40,211 nt of DNA from Chiloscyllium plagiosum (Eukaryota), in contig NC_057754.1 in NCBI RefSeq assembly GCF_004010195.1, positions 7,126,665 through 7,166,875 on the forward strand, written 5' to 3'. The position numbers were made by a program, and so were the translations under genes. The notes beneath the pieces were generated by a model. The model ran no database searches, was not told the DNA's origin, and saw only the letters and a list, made by a program, of their open reading frames with translations. Below, one piece after another: positions 33,120-40,211 of this stretch. Every line of letters starts with the position of its first letter. Position 1 is the stretch's first letter.

Positions 33120-34192
33120 CTGGAATAAAGTGATGGAAGGTATCGACAATGCTATCACTTTTACAGCCCCTCCCCACGCCACCATGAGGGCACACTTGAG
33201 GTGCTGTGCGTGGTGCTGAACATTGGTACACATCCCACTTCTAACCTTATGATTGGGAATAGTTGATGAAGACGGTTGGGCCTTGCACACTTGCCTGAGG
33301 AACTCCTGCAGAGATGTCCTGCAGCTGAGATATTGGCTTCCAGTCACTTCTAACCGCACATTATTCAAGTCAACTAAACCAACCTGTGTCCAAATGCAGC
33401 GAAACCTGAATTGCATTCAGGGTTGGATTGATCAGCAGCAAGTAACATTCGCACCAGACAAGTTTCAGGCAATGACCAGCTCCAACGAGAGAGTCTACCA
33501 TCTCACCTAGACACTCAGTGGTGTTAATATCACTGATACCCCTGTTGACGATATCCTGGTGAACTGAACCAACTGTATCCACACTGTGGCTTTTGGCCTC
33601 TTGGGGCACAGTGGTAGTGTCCCTAGCTCTGAGCCAAGAGGATCTGTTCCAGTGGAAAATATTTACGCATTGACAAGAGCAGATCAGTGTTTGGGAGCTC
33701 TGTGCTGAGTGACTCACCTTGTGACTCCCGAAAGCCTGTCCACCATCTACAAGTTAGCAGTGCGATGGAATAATCCCATCTTGCCCTGGACGGGTGTAGC
33801 CCCAACAACCCTCCAGCAGCTCAACACCCAGCTTGACTGGCTCCACGTCCACAAACATTCTCCTGCGCCCCCCTCCCCCCAACCAAATTCCATCAACGCT
33901 AGTACCAGCAGTGTGTACCATCTACAAGATACACAGCAATAGCTCACCAAAGCCCCTTAGGCAGCACTTTTCCACGCCTGTGACCTCTACCGTGTAGAAG
34001 GACAGGGACTTCAAACACCACCACCTGCAAGTTCCCCTCTAAGCCTGACTCGGAAACAGGGTATATCAATTTCTCTGGACACCGTAATGACATTGTAAGT
34101 CTACCTACAGCACATGGACTGCAAGCTTCCCAAGAACAGTTAGGGATGGTGAATCAATGCTGGCTTAGCCAGTGATGCCGTGAAAAATAAAC
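33120..34192 (+). mobile_element. Old L2/CR1-group LINE fragments with DeuSINE-partner-type 3' tail
   Basis: KVMEGIDNAI, QMQRNLNCIQGWIDQQQVTFAPDKFQAMT; tail GGGATGG...AATGCTGGCTTAGCCAGTGATGCC. Same tail on the minus strand at ~23660-23720. Confidence 0.65.
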
Positions 34193-34479
34193 AAAGGAAG
34201 TACAACACGCTTTCTGCGTTGCTTTGGCTTTAATGGAGCGCTTTCCTGAAGTGGAATCGAACCTGGGTCCCTGGTACAATGAGGCAGAGGTACTAACCAG
34301 ATTCGCTACCACAGTCACATCTCCTTCCTCAGCACCTGCCTATGGAACCGACTGATCCCACAAGGACTGAGGAGGATGATGATCAGCCATGATCATAATG
34401 AATGGTGGTGCAGGCTCGAAGGGCAGAATGGCCTACTCCTGCACCTATTGTCTATTATCTATTGACTCCCGACTACATT

Positions 34480-35000
34480 CAGACCAACACAATTTGGACC
34501 TGAACAGGACAAACAGTTTGTACTGCAACCATACTGCGTCCCTCAAATCCCAATTCTGCTGAGGTGCTTCGATTCCACAGGATCAAAATATCGCCTGACA
34601 TCAAGGGCACTCTGTGCTTTGATGCACGTCAAGATTAGAATGGTGCTGGGAAAGCACAGCTGGTCAGGCAGCATCCGAGGAACAGGAGAATCAGGAAAGG
34701 GCTTTTGCCCGAAACATCGATTTTCCTGCTCCTCGGATGCTGCCTGACCTGATGTGCTTTGCCAGCACCACTCTATTTTGACTCTAATCTCCAACGTCTG
34801 CAGTACCCACTTCCGCCTCTTTGATGCATGTGGGGACCAGAGGTCTGAGAGCAGCGTGGCCCTAGCAGAACCCACAATGCACACTGGCGAGCCAGGTATC
34901 AATAGATCAGTGGCTCTCAATAGCAATGTCAACATCACAGAGCTGTCCATCGAGGGTAACACCCATGAGGCAGTGAACGGGTAAGAATGGGTTAGCCCTG
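34480..35000 (-). mobile_element. Very old LINE RT fragment (same family as 33120-34192), interrupted by a hammerhead-like palindrome at 34630-34815
   Basis: Minus strand VDIAIESH*SIDTWLASVHCGFC*GH resembles VDSAIKQHLLSNNLLTDAQFGFRQGH; ALDVRRYFD resembles ALDIKAAFD. Confidence 0.6.
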
Positions 35001-35299
35001 CTTGTTATGGACAGCATGACTCTGGGCAATTTCACACACAAATATCCATATCGCAGCCACACTGGAACAGTCTGGCTAGGCTACGGCCAAATTCGAGGTG
35101 TACTATAGCCAGCGATACCGTCGGGGCACTTTGCTGTATCTCAGGCCTTCAGTCTTTTCTGGATATCACTGAGTGAATCACAGTGGCATTAAAAATTGTA
35201 CGGAAGCAGGGACGAGGCAGGATTGGATTATCCCCTCAGCACTTCCGCCTGAGGACGGTGAAAGGTGCTTTCTGCCTTGCCATTTGCACTGAGGTGTGC

Positions 35300-35726
35300 G
35301 ACTAACTAGGATGGGATATTGACGGGCTTCCTTGACCTGTCAGTTGTGAGGATCAGAGGGGCCTCTGAAGAGCGGCCACAGTTGCATTGTGGGAAACAGG
35401 GGCTGCCAATGTACGCACAGCAAGCTCCCACAAGCAGCAGAGGGTGAAAGTGGGCTGGAACACCAGGAAAAACTCCATTGCTCCTCTTTAAATTCTAACA
35501 CAGATTTTACATCCACTTATAGGAGTGGCAGACGAGGCAGGGTTGGATTATCCCCTTTAATCCCCATTACACCATTTAATGACTCGATGAACAATGATAT
35601 CACGGATTGTGCAGCACTCCCTCAGTGGTGCACTGAAGGGCTCAGCTTGGATTACAAGCACTCTAAGGGTTGGTAAAGGGTTTCGATTTTCTGATTCACA
35701 AGGAGAGACCCCCCCCCACTGAGCCA
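35300..35726 (-). mobile_element. DeuSINE (SacSINE1/AmnSINE1-like), degenerate
   Basis: Minus strand has TGGCTCAGTGG head, CTGAGGGAGTGCTGCAC, GTGGATGTAAAA and TGTGGGAGCTTGCTGTGCG...TTGGCAGCC (Deu domain motifs). Confidence 0.7.
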
Positions 35727-35740
35727 GAGCAGGCCATATA

Positions 35741-35914
35741 CTGAGGAATCTTGATTATCTGAAGGACACAGGTAGGGAGCATTTTGTTCGGTTAATTGAA
35801 TTCCGAACAATCGAATGCCAAATAACATTATTGAGCCAAGCATCGAGACCCTGCGATCTTGCCGGATAATCTGATACTCGGATAATCGAATGCCGGATAC
35901 TTGAGATTCCTCTG
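35741..35914. mobile_element. Tc1/mariner/pogo-type MITE
   Basis: TIRs CTGAGGAATCTTGATTATC and GATACTTGAGATTCCTCTG, flanked by TA at 35739-35740 and 35915-35916. Confidence 0.75.
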
Positions 35915-36324
35915 TACCGATAAAAACATGTCACATGTAGTAAGGAATATCTTGGAGGGGTCTTGTGAACAGGTTCACGTACTGACCAGTTTTCATCTTC
36001 GGATTCATTCACCCAGACAGTCCATACTAATTCCCTGTGCTCCCACAAACATCCACTCACTTCAGCTCACCCTGTATCAACATGGGAGTATGGGGCAGTG
36101 TCGAGAGAGCTTTGTTCTGCATCTAAACCAATGGCTCCCTTCTCCTGGGAGTGTGCTTGATGGAGGTGGCGGACAGGGAGCTTGGCGCCACAGCGGACCC
36201 CATGCTGTCCCTGTCGTGGGACTGTTTGACGAAGAGAGGGAGGGTTTGACCGAAGATCAGAACAGCATGCCGACTTTGACCTTGATACGAACACAAACTC
36301 CACGGGTGAAAGAGGTGATTCTAA

Positions 36325-39300
36325 AGATGTTGCATGACATGCTTTATTGGGGCAGGGTGGGGTAATCTTTGGGCTGAAATTAAGTCATATTATACATTTT
36401 TCAAAAAATAAATTTAGTGCTTATATTACAGTCGAGCTCCACCACGGAGGAGCACCCCGGAGCTGACAAAGTAGCCACTTGAAGATGCTGCTCTCTCAGA
36501 GCTGAGTGCTGTCTGCTCACCACCAGTCAAGCCCTCCACATCTGACAGGGCTTTCAAGTGGCAGGATGTGGGGGTGTCCTCTCGCCAGCCTCACCCTGTG
36601 CAGAGGTCACTCCCTGGGATAAGCAAGGTTGCACAGATGGCCTGGTACAGCACACAAATCATCGGTTTAATTGTTACTGGTACAGTTTGTCAGGTGCTTT
36701 TTGTTTGGGGTGGGGGCGGAGGTGGGAAAGAGATTGTGTAATGGCTGGATCACAGAGCATGGCAGCAGCAGCAGGAGGGAGAACATGCCCTTTACGCCTT
36801 TGGTCAGTATCAAGCAGCTCTCTCTGCCGCTAAGTGTAAACGGTCTTAAAAGGAATAGGAAAACTGGCGATGATGGTGGGAAGGAAGTGTGAAGTAAGAC
36901 CAATAACAAATCTGTGCACTACATGGACGTAGTGCAGGGAGAGATTCTGACTTTAATACTGTGACAGAGGTAAGGGAGCATAACAGGAAAGCAGGCACAG
37001 AGCTGGAGGGAGTGGTGGTGTGACCCAGATCACAGTAACTTCAGAGATTTACAAGAATGAAAACATGAATTAAAAACTAACCTACACATATCAAGCAGGT
37101 CGTTTATGTACAGTTCTATACAGTTCACACTAACCTGCTCCATTAACAAAGAGCAGAAAAGGTTTCATTTACAGCAGGAGGGCCCGGGGGGGGGGGGTCC
37201 AGTTCTTTTCAGGGTGTTGGGAAGGGGCTTTGTGGGAGGTGGGGGGAAAATACACCACATGTACAAACTTGCCATCCCGCCTTGGATGGAAAACGGAGCT
37301 CCAACATGCACAATGAGGGGACTGCTTTCGAGACCTCGAGCGCTGTTGGACACGCAAGCTCAGCTGATCTCCCTCCCTCCTCTCCGCCTGGGCAAGGGTT
37401 GAGGGGGGGGGGGGGGAGGGAAGCGAGTCGTTTCACTCGAGGGAGTGGGGGTGAATCTGCTGAGAAACTGGAGTCTCTCTCTTTTCAGGGAGATCGCTTC
37501 GGTTTGCCAGCGGGACATTGCGAGCAACCTGCATGGGAATCTGTTGCGCCCATGGAACTGGCACAGGCTCATCCCCTGGACCCGCGGGGCCTGGAGATAC
37601 ACGGGCAAAAGGATTAACCCCCGGGGCCATTTGGGTGGGTTGCAGCTGTCAAGGCAAACCTGACGAGCATTACACTGGCGCAAGCACAGCAGCCTGGCTC
37701 AATAACAACTTGCTACATCTTAAAGGAGAGGAATAATCACATTTGCTTTAAAATCAGAATTGACCGGAACGGAAGGGAACGTCCTCGCCAAAGTAAACGG
37801 AAGCATTCCCAAAGTCAGCAGCACTGATGCCGAGGTGTGTATTAGTTGGTGTTTCAGTGCTGAACGGGTGGTCAGCGCCTCGAGGCCCAGTCTTGAGGCA
37901 CTGACTCCTCCTGGTGTCCCCCTATTCCCTGACACCCAGGGCAGCTTGAGAGATGGGGGTGAAACCTGTTTGTTATTCCCTTGCCCCTGCGGGTAGGCAG
38001 CTGCAGCTCACCCAGTGCACTGGGGCCTTGGAGACCGACCTGGCGGGAGTGGGTACCCTTCAGGAGGGGCAATGTGACGGGATGGCCCCTTTGCTCAGCT
38101 TCACACCCAAAGGGATCCTATTCCATCAGCACTGCTCCCAGCCAAAGCACAATGACGGGTGGACATTTGGGATTAAGCAGCTATCGAGGGGAAAGGGTTT
38201 TTCGGCCGACGCATTCCCCTTCCATCTCCAACCTTGGAAGACAGCAAGGTGAAGTCAGGAGAAGCAAACACTCAACACCGAACGAGTGAACCGTGACTGA
38301 CACATTTAGGAGGGAATTACTCCCAAATTTCCCTCAATGTGCCTTCAGAACAGATCCTGGTTGATTGTGGCTATCTAATCCACAGTCCCCTTCCACTGCT
38401 CTCTAGTTTATATAAACGTGAACGAAGGTAGACATTTTACAGAATCATCCCGTCGTCTGTAAGGGACTCATTTTCTTGTGTTTTCAATGTCTCCTCTTCT
38501 CAACAGCGGGGAGATTGGAGAGTGCTCGGAATGGACAGGAAGTCAATCAAGGGGGTCGTGCCCCCTTGGTCACTACCCACTGATCCCGCTACCCCCCACA
38601 CCCTGAACCCTCACTGGGACACCTCACCATCCAAGATTCTCAAAGCCCTCCAGGCCTGGGGAGCACCGGGCTGAGCTTCCCCCTTTTGGGTGAGGAAATG
38701 AGCCAGGATGCCCTGTGACCGATGCCTGGCACTGCCCAGCACCTGATATGGATTTTTGGTGGGTGGGGAATGCACCCAGCCAGAGGAGAATTAAAGGGAC
38801 AGCTCAAACCTTGCACAGGGGAGGGCAGGAACGCAGGCAGAGGGTGAGCAGGGGGCACATGTCCCGGCAGATTCGAAACCCGGCCGTCCCACAACCCGAC
38901 CGCGGGTTATGACACTGTCCATACACGGGATCCAGGGGGACAGGTGGGGTGAAGTGGATTAGGGGTTACAATTAAAACCAGTCCTTTAGGAGGAGGGCGG
39001 GGAGAACAACACAGATCAGGCTGCACTCAACTTGACAGCTCAGCATCATTCACCAGCTAAAACTGGAGGAACACCTTCTGAAGCTGATCTGGAAAAGGAC
39101 CCAGCAGCTGGTGAGGGCAAAGCCAGAGAAGTGGGGGGGGGGCGCAGCACAAGGAGATGTGGTCAGGCTGGGGCACACACATGTTAAAAACCCAAACCAG
39201 GCGCCCTCAGACTGCCGCTGGGTGTGCCCATTCTGGGCTGAATGCAAGCTCCCACCGGTCGCTCCCCCCCGGCCAGCTCTCAGGGTCAGCCAACAGAGTG

Positions 39301-39636
39301 GACAGAACAGGAAGGAAGAGAGCAAAGGAAACACTGGAGGGTTGAGATGGAGGGTAACGGGCAGGTCAGTGCCCCTCAAACAATGGGCGAGAGGGTGGAT
39401 AGCCCTACCGGCTCCGGCGATTTCTGGAACTTTCTCTGTGTCCGGCCCAGACTCGGCAACCCGCAGACGGCAGCAACGGGTACGTTCAGACACTGCCGCC
39501 TGGTGTTTCCACAGCCTTCAAGTCCCATGGCCTCTCTCTCTCAGGTCGTGGTGAGGGGGTAGTAGGATGGGGTGAGGAATCTGGAGGAGGGTTGCCGATT
39601 CAGGTTGGGCGAGTAGGGATGGGGCAGGAGCTGGTC
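36325..39636 (-). other. STX5: Probable long 3'UTR of STX5
   Basis: No recognisable TE over ~3.3 kb downstream of the stop. Minus-strand AATAAA at 36343-36348; ATTAAA at 36666-36671 and 36952-36957. Confidence 0.5.
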
Positions 39637-39796
39637 CTAGGCCAGGAACACCACAAAGACGATGAAGAAGACAGCGAGGATGAGGAAGATCTTGACCATC
39701 AGCCAGCGGTTGGAGGCGACGGACTGGAAGTATTTGAGGATCTCGGTGTGCGCCGCCGCCACGTTCAGCTCAGTGTCCTCCACGTTGGCATCGATC
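39637..39796 (-). CDS. STX5: Syntaxin-5, last coding exon (SNARE C-terminus and tail-anchor TMD)
   Basis: (R)IDANVEDTELNVAAAHTEILKYFQSVASNRWLMVKIFLILAVFFIVFVVFLA* matches the human STX5 end (HSEILKYFQSVTSNRWLMVKIFLILIVFFIIFVVFLA). Acceptor CCCTGCAG|G at 39797/39796; TAG at 39637-39639. Confidence 0.95.
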
Positions 39797-39964
39797 CTGC
39801 AGGGCGGGCACAAAGACGTGAAGAAGACAGCGAGGATGAGGAAGATCTTGACCATCAGCCAGCGGTTGGAGGCGACGGACTGGAAGTATTTGAGGATCTC
39901 GGTGTGCGCCGCCGCCACGTTCAGCTCAGTGTCCTCCACGTTGGCATCGATCCTGCAGGGCGGG
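39652..39964. repeat. Tandem 156/157-bp duplication of the STX5 last exon and acceptor
   Basis: 39652-39808 equals 39809-39964 except for one missing A near the junction (GACGATGAAG vs GACGTGAAG). Second acceptor at 39953/39952. Confidence 0.95.
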
Positions 39965-40211
39965 GGGATGGGGGTGGGGGTGGAGGAGAGACCGCGGTCA
40001 GAGTCTGGTGTCCACACGGCCTGTCACAGCAAAATGCACATACCACCTAACCTCCTCCCCCCCACCCCCCCAACCCCAATCCACTTCTCCACACCAATGC
40101 ACAAATCCCCCACCCACCCCATACCCACAACTCGTCAAACCCTCACCCGCACACACCCAACTCTGCCCCCAAAAACCCCAACTATACACCCACCCACCTC
40201 TCACACCCAAC

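Noticed and set aside
34900..34986. Plus-strand peptide LNSNVNITELSIEGN fits an RI-type LRR (LxxNxxLxxLxLxxN) and is followed by a GTAAGA donor
   Set aside because: The opposite strand aligns collinearly with a LINE RT (VDIAIESH*SIDTWLASVHCGF ... ALDVRRYFD), so the LRR match is best explained as chance.
35901..39562. Many 60-150 aa ORFs on both strands
   Set aside because: No recognisable domains or consistent splice structure; expected by chance in GC-rich UTR-like sequence.
39592..40050. Acidic 152-aa plus-strand ORF
   Set aside because: Antisense shadow of the duplicated STX5 exon.

Overview
Vertebrate genomic DNA, almost certainly a shark (HE1/V-SINEs, HER1/CR1 LINEs, DeuSINE), with two assembly gaps (8459-8804, 25952-26451). 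Two minus-strand genes flank about 35 kb of mostly transposon-derived sequence. At the left end is coding exon 1 and the CpG-island promoter of a WDR26-family gene. At the right end is the last coding exon and probable ~3.3-kb 3'UTR of syntaxin-5 (STX5). Between them lie a decayed Gmr1-like Gypsy LTR element (integrase before RT) with many nested insertions, a CR1 LINE whose interior is occupied by a 26-bp minisatellite, Rex1/Babar-like and other LINE fragments, six HE1 SINEs, MITEs and many Penelope-type fragments. Best leads: (i) hammerhead-ribozyme cores in three Penelope-type families, several in inverted pairs and one apparently intact; (ii) a ~24-unit 27-bp array of CRE-like TGANNTCA sites abutting the WDR26 promoter; (iii) an in-frame N-terminal extension of WDR26 with an NLS-like motif and overlapping uORF; (iv) WDR26 linked to STX5, which may indicate a retained 2R paralogue. 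Exact exon duplications at both window ends are probably assembly artefacts. All family assignments are by eye and from memory; no searches were run, and TE boundaries are approximate.
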